Origin: Desulfosudaceae bacterium
Lineage (GTDB): Bacteria; Desulfobacterota; Desulfobacteria; Desulfobacterales; Desulfosudaceae
Reading direction: 5' to 3'
Assembly (NCBI GenBank): GCA_963674745.2
Contig: CAXXDV010000001.1
Location: forward strand, 2,368,001 to 2,432,000
DNA: 64,000 nt
Under the pieces are notes generated by a model. That model worked only from the letters and a program-made list of their open reading frames with translations, did no database searches and had not been told where the DNA came from. Below, one piece after another: positions 50,903 to 61,262 of the stretch. The stretch's first letter is position 1. Each line of letters opens with the position of its first letter. The translations under genes and the position numbers were made by a program.

Positions 50903-51489
50903 TGCGCGAATTAATAAAAATGGTGGTGGTGCTGACGGTTTTAACTGCGGTTTCCGGCGGACTTCTGGCCGGCGTGCGGTCAGCCACAAAAGACAAAATC
51001 GAATTTCAGGAACTGACCTTTGTCAAGGGGCCGGTTTTAAAGCAACTTTTTAAAAACGCGTCCAATGACATGATTGCCGACCGGTTTACCCTTGGAGAAG
51101 GCAAAGAGGCGGTCACCTTCTTCCCTGTCGCAGTCGACGGTAAAGTCAAATATGTGGCCCTAAGCGGCAGCGGTGCCGGTTTTGGCGGTGATATCGGACT
51201 GATGGTAGGGGTCGATGTAGAAACCGGAAACATTGCCGGTGTGGGTGTGACCACCCATAGTGAGACCCCGGGTATCGGGTCTCGGGCGAAAAGCGAGCCG
51301 GATCTGGCCAGTCGTTTTAAAGGGCTTCTGGTAGCAGAAACCTTCAAGGTCAAAAAAGACGGCGGTCAGATCGACGCCATTGGCGGTGCCACGGTTACCT
51401 CCCGTGGGGTTTGCGCGGCTGCCACCAATGCCGGTGAAATCTATGCCGGACTGGAATCTGAAATTAAAAGCAAGATACAGAGCTTATAA
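50902..51489 (+). CDS. rnfG: Rnf complex subunit G
   Basis: HSETPGIG and DAIGGATVTS FMN-binding motif. Confidence 0.92.
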   Translation: MRELIKMVVVLTVLTAVSGGLLAGVRSATKDKIEFQELTFVKGPVLKQLFKNASNDMIADRFTLGEGKEAVTFFPVAVDGKVKYVALSGSGAGFGGDIGLMVGVDVETGNIAGVGVTTHSETPGIGSRAKSEPDLASRFKGLLVAETFKVKKDGGQIDAIGGATVTSRGVCAAATNAGEIYAGLESEIKSKIQSL

Positions 51490-51517
51490 AGCATTTTTTT
51501 AATAAGGGAGCTTGAAA

Positions 51518-52120
51518 ATGGCCAAGTCAATCACTCAGGAATTCACCAAGGGGTTGTGGGCGGAAATTCCCCCCTTCCGACTGGTGCTGGGGTTGTGTCC
51601 GGTTTTGGGCGTGACCACCGAAGTATGGAACGGCATCGGCATGGGACTGGCTACCACCTTTGTTCTGGTGGGGTCCAACATCCTGGTGTCTCTATTACGG
51701 AATATTATCCCATCCAAGGTCCGGATTGCCTGTTTTATCACGATTATCGCTACCTTTGTGACACTGGTGGAGCTGATCATGCAGGCCTATACCTATCCTT
51801 TGTATCAGCAGCTCGGCATGTTTATTCCCCTGATTGTTGTTAACTGTATTGTTCTGGGCCGGGCCGAGGCGTTTGCAAGCAAGAACTCAATCGTGCCGTC
51901 CATTGCCGATGGTCTGGGTATTGGTATCGGGTTTACCCTTTCTCTGGCTTCCATCGCACTCATACGGGAAGTCATCGGCGCCGGGACGATAAGTGTACTT
52001 GGTAATCATTACTCGCTGTTCGGAGATGCTTTTATGCCGTTTACGTTCATGGTTCAGGCGCCGGGCGCGTTTATCTGTCTTGGCCTCATGCTGTGTTTTA
52101 TGAATATGCTCGGCGAATAG
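51518..52120 (+). CDS. rnfE: Rnf complex subunit E
   Basis: LGLCP, IPLIVVNC and GRAEAFA motifs. Confidence 0.93.
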   Translation: MAKSITQEFTKGLWAEIPPFRLVLGLCPVLGVTTEVWNGIGMGLATTFVLVGSNILVSLLRNIIPSKVRIACFITIIATFVTLVELIMQAYTYPLYQQLGMFIPLIVVNCIVLGRAEAFASKNSIVPSIADGLGIGIGFTLSLASIALIREVIGAGTISVLGNHYSLFGDAFMPFTFMVQAPGAFICLGLMLCFMNMLGE

Positions 52121-52130
52121 GAGAAGAACA

Positions 52131-52706
52131 ATGAGAGATATTATCCTGCTGGCAATAAGTTGTATCCTTATCAACAATATCCTGCTGGCACAGTTTCTGG
52201 GAAACTGCCCTTTTCTGGGTACGTCCAAGAAAATGGAAACCGCTACGGGTATGGCCATGGCGGTTATATTCGTTCTGGTCATGGCCGGTATGATCACCTG
52301 GTGTGTTGATGTTTATCTTCTGAAGAATTTTGAAATTGAATATTTACGAACGTTGTCGTTTATTCTGGTGATTGCCTCTTTGGTCCAGTTCGTTGAGATG
52401 TTTCTGAAAAAAAGCATTCCCGCACTGTATGCCGGATTGGGGATATTTCTCCCCCTGATTACCACCAACTGCGCTGTTATGGGTGCCTGTCTGATCAATA
52501 TCAAGGAGGAGTATACATTTATAGAAGCACTGGTGGCCTCCTTTTCTTATGCCGCCGGTTTCGGGCTGGCTTTGATTCTTTTTGCCGGTGTCAGGGAGCG
52601 GATCAATCTGAACCGGGTGCCGAAACCGCTTCAGGACACATCCATTGGTCTGGTTACAGCAGGTATGATCGCGCTGGCATTTTTTGCCTTTAAGGGAATG
52701 GTGTAA
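52131..52706 (+). CDS. rnfA: Rnf complex subunit A
   Basis: FLGNCPFLG and LPLITTNCA motifs. Confidence 0.93.
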   Translation: MRDIILLAISCILINNILLAQFLGNCPFLGTSKKMETATGMAMAVIFVLVMAGMITWCVDVYLLKNFEIEYLRTLSFILVIASLVQFVEMFLKKSIPALYAGLGIFLPLITTNCAVMGACLINIKEEYTFIEALVASFSYAAGFGLALILFAGVRERINLNRVPKPLQDTSIGLVTAGMIALAFFAFKGMV

Positions 52707-52757
52707 GTTCCAGCCGGTTAAATTAACTTACGAAAAAACTACTATTATAAGGAGTAA

Positions 52758-54860
52758 ATGGTGACAGCAGCAGTTATCCTTTCAGCTGTTCTTCCAATGC
52801 TTGGCTTGGGATTGCTCAGCAGTGTGGTACTAGGCATTGCCGCAAGAGTATTTTATGTTTATGAAGATCCCATGATCGCCGAGGTGGAGGGCCTGCTTCC
52901 CGGCGCCAATTGCGGTGGGTGTGGATATGCCGGATGTTCTTCGGCTGCCGCCGCGATAGTTCGGGGCGAAGCCCAACCCGGTGTTTGTGTGGCTTCTGAC
53001 GCTGAAGCCGCAGTCGCTATTGCGAGCGTCATGGGCGTGGATCTGGGCAGTGCCGAAGCGGCAATATCCGCCAACTCATGTAATGGCGGTGACCGGGCCG
53101 AAGACAAATATGTTTACCAGGGGATTCAGTCATGTAAAGCTGCTTTTGCCCTGCATGGCGGCAGGCGTGTCTGTGAGATCGGCTGCCTGGGTTATGGTGA
53201 TTGCATCAAGGCCTGTGCGTTTGACGCCATTGACATGGGGCCGGATGGTTTTCCGGTGGTCAACGACCAAAAATGCGTGGGCTGCGGGGCCTGCGAAAAA
53301 GCCTGCCCCAGAAATATTATTTCCATCAAGACCATGTCCGAGCGGTTGCTGTCCATGAACACGGAAGACGGGGCGCACGCGCCCTGTGCCCAGACCTGCC
53401 CGGCGCAGATCGATATCCCCCGGTACATCGATCAGATTAAAAATGGTGATTATGAAGGGGCGGTGGCCACCATTCGTGAACGAAATCCGCTGTTGCTCGC
53501 CTGTGGCCGGGTTTGTCCCCATCCCTGTGAAGACCGCTGTCGACGGGGCATCGAGGATGAACCGGTTTCCATTAACCAGCTCAAGCGCTTTGTCGCCGAC
53601 TATGAGATGAATTCCGGCAAACGGTTTCCCATTCCCTGCGCGCCGAAAACAGGAAAGAAAGTGGCGGTTGTGGGTGGCGGACCGGCCGGTTTGAGCTGCG
53701 CGTTTTTTCTGCGGCGGGTGGGTCATGATGTGACCATTTTTGATGCCATGCCTGAACTGGGCGGTATGATCCGATACGGCATCCCGGAATACCGGCTGCC
53801 TAAAAAGACGCTGGCCTGGGAGACTCAGGGTATATTGAACCTGGGCATCGAGCACAGGCCGAACATGAAGCTGGGCCGGGATTTTGATCTCGGCAGCCTG
53901 GCGACTGCTTATGATGCGATTTTTCTGGGTATCGGTGCCTGGAAAGATTACAACCTCAAAATCGAAGGTAGTGATTTAAAAGGGGTATATACGGGTATCG
54001 ACTTTCTGACAAAATTTGCCGCTTATCAGCAGGGCAAAAGCAGTGAGCCGGTTCCTCTGGGAAAAAAATGCGCGGTGATCGGCGGCGGTAATACCGCCAT
54101 AGATTGCGTACGGACCCTGGTTCGGCTGGGGGCTGAAGAAGTTTCCATTGTCTATCGCCGAACAAGAAATGAAATGCCGGCCAACAAAGTGGAAATAGAC
54201 GCGGCCGAGGAAGAAGGAATCGCTTTAAAATATTTGTTTTCACCCAACCGGATTATCGGCGATGATGACGGGAATGTGACCGGGCTGGAAGTCCAGGAAA
54301 TGGAACTGGGCGAACCGGATGATAGTGGCCGTCGCCGGCCGGTTCCCAAAGAAGGCGCGGTGCAGGTCCTGGAAACCGACATGATTGTGCTGGCCATTGG
54401 CCAGGGCCCTGATATCGGATTCAAGGAAGCTGAAGCCGGAAGGCGAGGAGAAGATCTGCAAACCACGCGCTGGGATACCATTGATCAGGTCGATCCGGAT
54501 ACGCTGCAGACCAATATCCCTTATATCTTTACGGCCGGTGATGCCGCTACCGGTGCTTCTCTGGTCGTGGAGGGTATCGGCGGTGGGCGAAGGGCTGCCC
54601 GATCCATAGACCTTTTCCTCAAAGGCGAACCGGTTGAGCCGGTGAAAAAATCCCTGTTCGGTAAAACCATCGAAGGCAGCATTTTTGATGTGGTGGATGG
54701 GGTGACGCGTAAAAAACGGGTGGAGATGCCTGAACTTGAGGTCAGCGGGCGGATTAAAACCTTTGAAGAGGTTGACCAGGTCATTACCGAAGAAGATGCC
54801 CTTAAGGAAGCCGACCGGTGCCTCAACTGCTGCCGGATTTGCTACAATAAAGACGCGTAA
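52758..54860 (+). CDS. rnfB: RnfB fused to a GltD/NfnB-like FAD-dependent oxidoreductase
   Basis: LPGANCGGCG and ferredoxin motifs, then CGRVCPHPCE, GGGPAG, YGIPEYRLP, GGGNTAID and YRR. Confidence 0.9.
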   Translation: MVTAAVILSAVLPMLGLGLLSSVVLGIAARVFYVYEDPMIAEVEGLLPGANCGGCGYAGCSSAAAAIVRGEAQPGVCVASDAEAAVAIASVMGVDLGSAEAAISANSCNGGDRAEDKYVYQGIQSCKAAFALHGGRRVCEIGCLGYGDCIKACAFDAIDMGPDGFPVVNDQKCVGCGACEKACPRNIISIKTMSERLLSMNTEDGAHAPCAQTCPAQIDIPRYIDQIKNGDYEGAVATIRERNPLLLACGRVCPHPCEDRCRRGIEDEPVSINQLKRFVADYEMNSGKRFPIPCAPKTGKKVAVVGGGPAGLSCAFFLRRVGHDVTIFDAMPELGGMIRYGIPEYRLPKKTLAWETQGILNLGIEHRPNMKLGRDFDLGSLATAYDAIFLGIGAWKDYNLKIEGSDLKGVYTGIDFLTKFAAYQQGKSSEPVPLGKKCAVIGGGNTAIDCVRTLVRLGAEEVSIVYRRTRNEMPANKVEIDAAEEEGIALKYLFSPNRIIGDDDGNVTGLEVQEMELGEPDDSGRRRPVPKEGAVQVLETDMIVLAIGQGPDIGFKEAEAGRRGEDLQTTRWDTIDQVDPDTLQTNIPYIFTAGDAATGASLVVEGIGGGRRAARSIDLFLKGEPVEPVKKSLFGKTIEGSIFDVVDGVTRKKRVEMPELEVSGRIKTFEEVDQVITEEDALKEADRCLNCCRICYNKDA

Positions 54861-54919
54861 GTCTTTTTTTATTTATCGTTCGTCTGTATAAAGAGCTTCT
54901 GCCTGATGGGCGGGGGCTC

Positions 54920-55917
54920 TTATTGTTTTATGCCCATTGTCGCATGGTTGATGTCCAGCAACAGCTGTTTCATATCTATCGGCAACGGGGCTCTGCATTT
55001 TATCTTTTGACCGGTCACAGGATGGATGAACTCCAGCTTCCAGGCATGAAGCATCTGCCGGCGCACACCTTTGAGCAGATTAAAAATCGTTTTGTTCTTA
55101 AATCGGACCGGTTGTTTTGTCCATCCGGCGTTGTTATAGGTATGATCTCCGACTACCGGTGTACCTGATTCTGCGCAATGTACTCTGATCTGGTGCGTCC
55201 GTCCGGTTTTAATGCCGACCTCCAACAGACTCGTTCCTTCAAATTGTTTCATTAATCGCCAGTGTGTCTCTGCCTGACGGGTTTTGGGGCTTTGGGTGGA
55301 CATTTTCTTCCGGTCGGTCATGTGTCTGCCGATGGGCAGGTGAATTGAGCCTCTTTCCCCTTCGGGTGCGCCAAAAACCAGGGCCAGATATACTTTGTTT
55401 ACTTTTCTTGAAGCAAACATCATGGTCAGTTGATCAAAAGCCGTTTGTGTCCGGGCGACAATGATCGCGCCTGAAGTGTCTTTGTCAAGCCGGTGCACGA
55501 TTCCCGGCCGGTCTCTGTCGACACCCGTGTTCAGAATGTCCGGGTATTTCGCCAGCAGGCCGTTGACAAGGGTTCCGGTGTCGTGCCCGGGCGCCGGGTG
55601 AACGACCAGGCCGGAGGTTTGTTGATAATAACCAGATGGTTATCTTCAAAAAGAAGGTTCAGGGGGATGGATTCCGGTAGCACCTGTCGGGCGGTTTCTT
55701 TCGGGATTGTGCCGGAGATGGTATCCCCGGCCTTTAATCGGTAAGCGGGTTTGGCCGTTCGTCCGTTAACAAGGATCCCCCCACGTTTAATCAAAGAAGC
55801 GGCCATGCTCCTGGAACAGGATTTGTTTTCGGAAAGGAACTGATCCAGTCGTATATCGATGTGATTGGTGTATGCAATCAGGGTAAAAGGGTTGGTATCA
55901 GAATTATTCGGCGGCAT
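54920..55917 (-). pseudogene. rluD: RluA/RluD pseudouridine synthase with a 1-nt deletion near 55612 (possible sequencing error)
   Basis: S4 domain and INKP in the first frame; LVVHPAPGH...GIVHRLDKDTSG and TGRTHQIRVH in the second. Confidence 0.85.
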
Positions 55918-56470
55918 GCTGAGGTTGATGCGCGGGAAAAAAGGACTCTATTTCCGACATAACCGAGTTCTCTTTGGTCCCTTTGGCAATTGACAGTTCA
56001 GTGACCAGCAATCCCTGAGCGGTGTCAAGCAGTTTCCGCTCACCAAAAGAAAGGTCTTTGGTTTTTTTTAACAGAAAAAGGTCCCTGAAAACCTCCGCAA
56101 TTTCATATAAAGACCCGGTTCTTATTTTATCCATGTATTCTTTGTAGCGTCTGTTCCAGGTCTGATTGTCCGATGTCGCGCTGTCTTTTGCCTGATGTTG
56201 AATGATCTTATATATTTTGGGAACTTCTTTCTTGGGGATAACATCCCGGATGCCGACAGCCTTCAAGTTTTTTACAGGGATCATGATAACCATGTTGGTT
56301 TCAATGATTTTCATGATATAGAAATCCTCGATGGTTTCCCCGATACTTTTTGACTCAATGGCTTCGATGCGTCCGACGCCATGGGCCGGGTAAACAACCA
56401 AATCTCCAGGTTGAAATTTGTTGGTGTTATTCGCTTTTTTCGCTTTTTTTGTACCAGCTTTTGCAGCCAT
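55904..56470 (-). CDS. carD: CarD-family transcription factor
   Basis: VVYPAHGVG, WNRRY and LSFGE motifs. Confidence 0.92.
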   Translation of the reverse strand: MAAKAGTKKAKKANNTNKFQPGDLVVYPAHGVGRIEAIESKSIGETIEDFYIMKIIETNMVIMIPVKNLKAVGIRDVIPKKEVPKIYKIIQHQAKDSATSDNQTWNRRYKEYMDKIRTGSLYEIAEVFRDLFLLKKTKDLSFGERKLLDTAQGLLVTELSIAKGTKENSVMSEIESFFPAHQPQHAAE

Positions 56471-56597
56471 TGTAGTGGTTACCGAAATAAAATCGTTAAT
56501 CTGAAAAACATTTATCTTCCGTCCATGGCGTATAGGTAAAATTTTACAATATAAAATAAGAATCTATTAATAACAAATATTATAAAAGAAATCAATA

Positions 56598-56630
56598 AAA
56601 AAAGGGCCAGCGCCAAGCGCTGACCCTTTT
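56598..56630 (-). terminator. Intrinsic terminator after hppA
   Basis: aaaagggccagcgc-caa-gcgctgaccctttt hairpin with A/T tails. Confidence 0.75.
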
Positions 56631-56662
56631 TATATTATTCGCTGTAGTGTTTTATCACATGA

Positions 56663-58744
56663 CTACAGAAACAGCACCGGAACCATCAGCAGCGCCACGA
56701 CGTTGACGATCTTGATCATGGGGTTGATGGCAGGGCCGGCGGTATCCTTGTACGGATCGCCGACGGTGTCGCCGGTAACAGCTGCTTTGTGAGCGTCGCT
56801 GCCTTTTCCGCCAAGGTTGCCGTCTTCAATGTATTTTTTGGCATTATCCCAGGCGGCGCCGCCCGTGGTCATGGAAATGGCCAAAAAGATACCGGTCACG
56901 ATGCTACCGATCAGCAGACCGCCGACAGCATAAGGCCCACCGGTCTTACCAAACAGAACACCGACAATAATCGGCGCGACAACGGGAATCAAGGCCGGAA
57001 CCATCATCTCTTTTAAGGCGAACTTGGTGACCAGGTCAACACAGGCAGAGTAATCGGGTTTGGCTGTACCTTCCATAATGCCGGGGATTTCACGGAACTG
57101 ACGACGAACTTCGTCAACAACCGCGCCACCGGCACGTCCTACGGCCTGCATGGCAATAGAAGCGAACAGGAAGGGCAACAGGCCGCCGATGAACAGACCG
57201 ATCAGAACACGGACATCAGCCAGATCAAAGACCATTTGAACGGCTTTGGTGCCGTGAGCACCTTCATGGAGGTTGAATTCCATGACATAGGAAGCAAACA
57301 GAACCAGAGCGGCCAGGCCGGCTGATCCAATGGCATATCCTTTGGTTACGGCTTTGGTGGTGTTGCCGACAGCATCCAGGGGATCGGTTACGGCACGAAC
57401 GCTTTCGTCCATTTCGGCCATCTCGGCAATACCACCGGCATTATCCGTGATGGGGCCGTAAGCGTCAATGGCGATGACCATACCGGTCATGGACAGCATG
57501 GACATGGCGGCCATGGCAATCCCGTAAAGTGAACCCAGGCTGTGGGCAATATAAATAGACACGCAGATGGCCAGAACAGGCAGCGCGGTGGCCTGCATGC
57601 TGACGGCCAGGCCGGCAATAATGTTGGTGCCGTGACCGGTAGTAGACGCTTCCGCAATATCTTTTACAGGTTTGTAGATGCCGGTATAGTATTCGGTGAT
57701 GATAACGATGACGACGGTCAGAATAATACCGATCAACGAACAGTAGTAAATGTTCATGGCATCGATGCCTTCAACAGGGCCGAGCATTTTTTTGGCGACA
57801 AAGTAGAAGGCTATGCCCGAAATAATGGCGGCACCGAACATACCTTTGTAAAGAGCGCCCATGATGTAGTCGCTGCCTTCCCGTAGTTTGACAAAGAAGA
57901 TGGCGATGATGGACGCGATGATGGAAACCGCGCCGAGTACCAACGGAAAATTGATAGCCACGGTCTGCACTTCGGGTCCGTTTGCCTTGAAAACCAGCGC
58001 GCCCAGGAGCATAGCCGCTACCGCGGTGACGCCGTAAGTTTCAAACAGGTCGGCCGCCATGCCGGCACAGTCGCCGACATTGTCACCGACGTTGTCGGCG
58101 ATAGTGGCCGGGTTGCGGGGATCGTCTTCGGGAATGCCCGCTTCCACTTTACCGACCAGGTCAGCACCGACATCGGCGCCTTTGGTGAAGATACCGCCGC
58201 CCAGACGGGCAAAGATGGAAATCAAGCTGCCGCCGAAACCCAGGGCGACCAGCGGTACGACCGCCTCAACACCTGACAGTCCTTTGTGCAGCAGAAACGT
58301 GTAGTATCCGGCGACCGCGGTCAAAGCCAGGCCGGCAACAATCATACCGGTCACGGAACCGCCCCTGAAAGCCATGGCCAGGCCTTTGGAAAGGCCTCCT
58401 CTGGCTGCTTCGGCGGTTCTGACATTGGCGATAACGGAAACGCGCATGCCGATGTAACCCGCGAAGAAAGAAGCGATGGCGCCTACTGCGAATCCCATGG
58501 CGGTCAGTTGACCCATGGTAAACCAGATAATGGCACAGATGATGATACCGGTGATACCCATGCTTTTGGCCTGACGGTTCAGATAGGCGATGGCGCCCTC
58601 TTTAACAGCGTCAGCGATTTGGTTCATCTTTTCGTTGCCGGAAGGCGCGCTTTTGACGACGCCAGCCATGATCAGAGCGAAAAGGATGCCGACCACGCCG
58701 ACCAGCGTGCACAGCAGTGGCAAATTGCCTGTTAATTGTTCCAT
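56663..58744 (-). CDS. hppA: Membrane-bound ion-translocating pyrophosphatase (K+-independent signature)
   Basis: [26 protein letters not shown] and [10 protein letters not shown] motifs. Confidence 0.96.
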   Translation of the reverse strand: MEQLTGNLPLLCTLVGVVGILFALIMAGVVKSAPSGNEKMNQIADAVKEGAIAYLNRQAKSMGITGIIICAIIWFTMGQLTAMGFAVGAIASFFAGYIGMRVSVIANVRTAEAARGGLSKGLAMAFRGGSVTGMIVAGLALTAVAGYYTFLLHKGLSGVEAVVPLVALGFGGSLISIFARLGGGIFTKGADVGADLVGKVEAGIPEDDPRNPATIADNVGDNVGDCAGMAADLFETYGVTAVAAMLLGALVFKANGPEVQTVAINFPLVLGAVSIIASIIAIFFVKLREGSDYIMGALYKGMFGAAIISGIAFYFVAKKMLGPVEGIDAMNIYYCSLIGIILTVVIVIITEYYTGIYKPVKDIAEASTTGHGTNIIAGLAVSMQATALPVLAICVSIYIAHSLGSLYGIAMAAMSMLSMTGMVIAIDAYGPITDNAGGIAEMAEMDESVRAVTDPLDAVGNTTKAVTKGYAIGSAGLAALVLFASYVMEFNLHEGAHGTKAVQMVFDLADVRVLIGLFIGGLLPFLFASIAMQAVGRAGGAVVDEVRRQFREIPGIMEGTAKPDYSACVDLVTKFALKEMMVPALIPVVAPIIVGVLFGKTGGPYAVGGLLIGSIVTGIFLAISMTTGGAAWDNAKKYIEDGNLGGKGSDAHKAAVTGDTVGDPYKDTAGPAINPMIKIVNVVALLMVPVLFL

Positions 58745-58794
58745 TTTTCCTCCTTAACTGATTTGTTGTTTACCTTCAATAATTATGTTATGCC

Positions 58795-59376
58795 TTACGG
58801 CCTTGATCCATGAAACAGGTTCATCGCCTCGCGGTTTCCTTTCTCCAAAACGATTATGACCGCTTCTCCCGCCCGTTTGATTAACGGGGCAAGATCTTCA
58901 GCCTCATCTTTTGAAAAAGTTCCCAGTACATGGTCGACAACACCATTTTTGTTTCCAGGATGGCCGATACCAACACGGATACGTGTAAAATCGTTTCTGC
59001 CAAAGGCTTCGATAGTGGACTTTATGCCGTTATGTCCGCCATGTCCGCCTTGTGTTTTTATTTTAATTTGTCCGAAAGCCAGGTCGATGTCGTCATGAAT
59101 AACAACCATCCGGTCATCTGCCGCGTTAAAGTAGCGCGCCAGTTTTAACAGCGAATAACCGCTGTTGTTCATATACGTCATCGGCTTGGCAAAAAGCAGT
59201 TTTTCTCCTTGTGTCTCAGCAGCACAAAATTCAACGTCGAATTTTTTTTTATCAATGGCCAGCGAAAGTTTTTCCAGCAGAAAATCAACGACCATGAAAC
59301 CGATGTTATGGCGGGTTTGCGCGTAGTCTTTGCCGGGATTTCCAAGTCCGGCCACCAGCCTTCGTTCCACTGCCAT
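58795..59376 (-). CDS. pth: Peptidyl-tRNA hydrolase
   Basis: GLGNPG, TRHNIGF and GGHNG motifs. Confidence 0.96.
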   Translation of the reverse strand: MAVERRLVAGLGNPGKDYAQTRHNIGFMVVDFLLEKLSLAIDKKKFDVEFCAAETQGEKLLFAKPMTYMNNSGYSLLKLARYFNAADDRMVVIHDDIDLAFGQIKIKTQGGHGGHNGIKSTIEAFGRNDFTRIRVGIGHPGNKNGVVDHVLGTFSKDEAEDLAPLIKRAGEAVIIVLEKGNREAMNLFHGSRP

Positions 59377-59436
59377 TGATTATACCCGATTGCTGTCATG
59401 CCGGTCCGCCGCCTGATCATCAGGCGTCCGGGTTGA

Positions 59437-60114
59437 CTACTCCGCTTCGTTATCTGCTTCCTGTTTTTCTTCTTCTTCCGGTGCACCTTCCGCCGCAGCC
59501 TCTTCAACGCCTTCTTCAAGCTCTTCTTCAGGCTCTTCTTCTACCGTCGGCGCGGCAATCGTAATCACGGTATAATCGGCTTCCTCAACCGAATCCCAAG
59601 TGAGCTTGACATCACCGGAGGTCACGATCTCGCTGATATGAATCGAGTCACCAATACCCAGGCCGGAGATGTCCACATCAATGGATTCCGGAATATTGCC
59701 CGGCAGACAGATGACCTCCAGACTTCTTCTGATGACCTGAAGTGTTCCGCCTTCTTCAACCCCCATGGACTTGCCGGTGACGTTGACCGGAACATTAATG
59801 TGGAGCTCTTTGGTCATGTCGACTTCATAAAAATCGGCGTGAATAAATTTGCGGGACACGGGATGACGCTGCATCTCTTTAATCATGACGGTTTTTGACG
59901 AGGTCGTATCGCCTTCGATATCAAGAGAAATGAGTGTCTGGTTGGTGATGTGATTTAACAGGTTTTTTAAATCATTCATATCAATAGCCAGCGTCAGGGG
60001 CGTTTTCCCCTGTCCGTAAACCACTGCCGGCATGAGCCCGTTTTTTCTTAAGACGTTCGGGGTCGGCCCACCTTCCGTCAGCCTGGTTTTTGCTTTTAAT
60101 AAGTTGGTTTCCAT
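59437..60114 (-). CDS. rplY: 50S ribosomal protein L25/Ctc
   Basis: PAVVYG and HADF motifs; acidic tail; between prs and pth. Confidence 0.93.
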   Translation of the reverse strand: METNLLKAKTRLTEGGPTPNVLRKNGLMPAVVYGQGKTPLTLAIDMNDLKNLLNHITNQTLISLDIEGDTTSSKTVMIKEMQRHPVSRKFIHADFYEVDMTKELHINVPVNVTGKSMGVEEGGTLQVIRRSLEVICLPGNIPESIDVDISGLGIGDSIHISEIVTSGDVKLTWDSVEEADYTVITIAAPTVEEEPEEELEEGVEEAAAEGAPEEEEKQEADNEAE

Positions 60115-60155
60115 AATATTTTTTCCTTCACAAAAGTTTTTCGTCCTGTCTGTTT

Positions 60156-61103
60156 TTATACAAACAGGGAAGTCACAGAGTCTCCGGTATAACTGCGGTG
60201 CATGGCTTCTCCAACCAAATCGGCGATGGATAAAACCTCGATGGTTTCACACGCTTGCGCTTCTTCGCTTAACGGGATCGAGTCGGTCACAATAACATTT
60301 TTCAAAACAGATCCCTTGATTCGGTCTACCGCCGGTCCGGATAAGACCGGATGCACACAGCAGGCATCAACTTCCCTGGCACCTTGTCCTGCAAGGGCCG
60401 AAGCCGCTTCGATAAGCGTTCCGGCCGTATCGATCATATCGTCAAGAATGATCGCTGTTTTATCTTTGACGTCGCCGATAACAGCCATGGCCTTGGCTTT
60501 ATTCGGCGCCGAACGTCTTTTGTCGATAATCGCCAGACCGGCGTCCAGGCGTTTGGCAAAGGCCCGGGCACGCTCTACGCCGCCGGCATCCGGAGAAACA
60601 ATGACGACATCGTCGTTGTTATATTTTGACTGGATATGTTTTATGATAACCGGCGCTGCGAAAAGGTTGTCCACGGAGATACTGAAAAAACCCTGGATTT
60701 GCCCGGCGTGCAGATCCAGCGTGATTACTTTTTCGACACCGGCCTGAGTCAACAGGTCTGCTACCAGTTTGGCGCTGATCGGTACCCGCGGCGCCACTTT
60801 TTTGTCCTGACGGGCATATCCGAAATAGGGCATCACGGCTATTATCCGGGTGGCCGCCGAACGCTTCAATGCGTCGACCATTAAAAGCAGTTCCATCAGG
60901 TTGTCATTGACGGGAGCGCAGGTGGGCTGGATGATAAAGACGTCTCTTCGTCTGACGTTCTCAAGAATTTCAACCTGGATCTCTCCGTCGCTGAATTTGG
61001 TCACCTTGGCTTCACCGATGGGCTGCCCTAAATAGGCGCAGATCTTTTCAGCCAACATCGGACTCGCATTACCGGTAAAAATTTTATAACTGTTGTTTTC
61101 CAT
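60156..61103 (-). CDS. prs: Ribose-phosphate pyrophosphokinase
   Basis: [21 protein letters not shown] and DDMIDTAGT motifs. Confidence 0.97.
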   Translation of the reverse strand: MENNSYKIFTGNASPMLAEKICAYLGQPIGEAKVTKFSDGEIQVEILENVRRRDVFIIQPTCAPVNDNLMELLLMVDALKRSAATRIIAVMPYFGYARQDKKVAPRVPISAKLVADLLTQAGVEKVITLDLHAGQIQGFFSISVDNLFAAPVIIKHIQSKYNNDDVVIVSPDAGGVERARAFAKRLDAGLAIIDKRRSAPNKAKAMAVIGDVKDKTAIILDDMIDTAGTLIEAASALAGQGAREVDACCVHPVLSGPAVDRIKGSVLKNVIVTDSIPLSEEAQACETIEVLSIADLVGEAMHRSYTGDSVTSLFV

Positions 61104-61162
61104 CAAGCCGACTCTCTGGTTATTTTTACAAACATCACCCGCAGGTACTGTTTGCGCCTGAT

Positions 61163-61238
61163 TGGCTGGGGCGGGAGGATTCGAACCTCCGAATGCAGGA
61201 ATCAAAATCCTGTGTCTTTACCACTTGACGACGCCCCA
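61163..61238 (-). tRNA. tRNA-Gln (anticodon TTG)
   Basis: Reverse complement tggggcgtcgtcaagtggt...ttttgat...ggttcgaatcc...gccccagcca; conserved ispE-tRNA(Gln)-prs context. Confidence 0.95.
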
Positions 61239-61262
61239 GTAGTATAAATTCGGAAAGTTCCT

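Noticed and set aside
61104..61205. N-terminal extension of prs in the ORF track
   Set aside because: It runs through the tRNA-Gln gene; the real start is the ATG at 61103
61163..61238. tRNA as an integration site for an island
   Set aside because: Flanked by the conserved ispE and prs genes; no integrase or duplicated 3' end in the window
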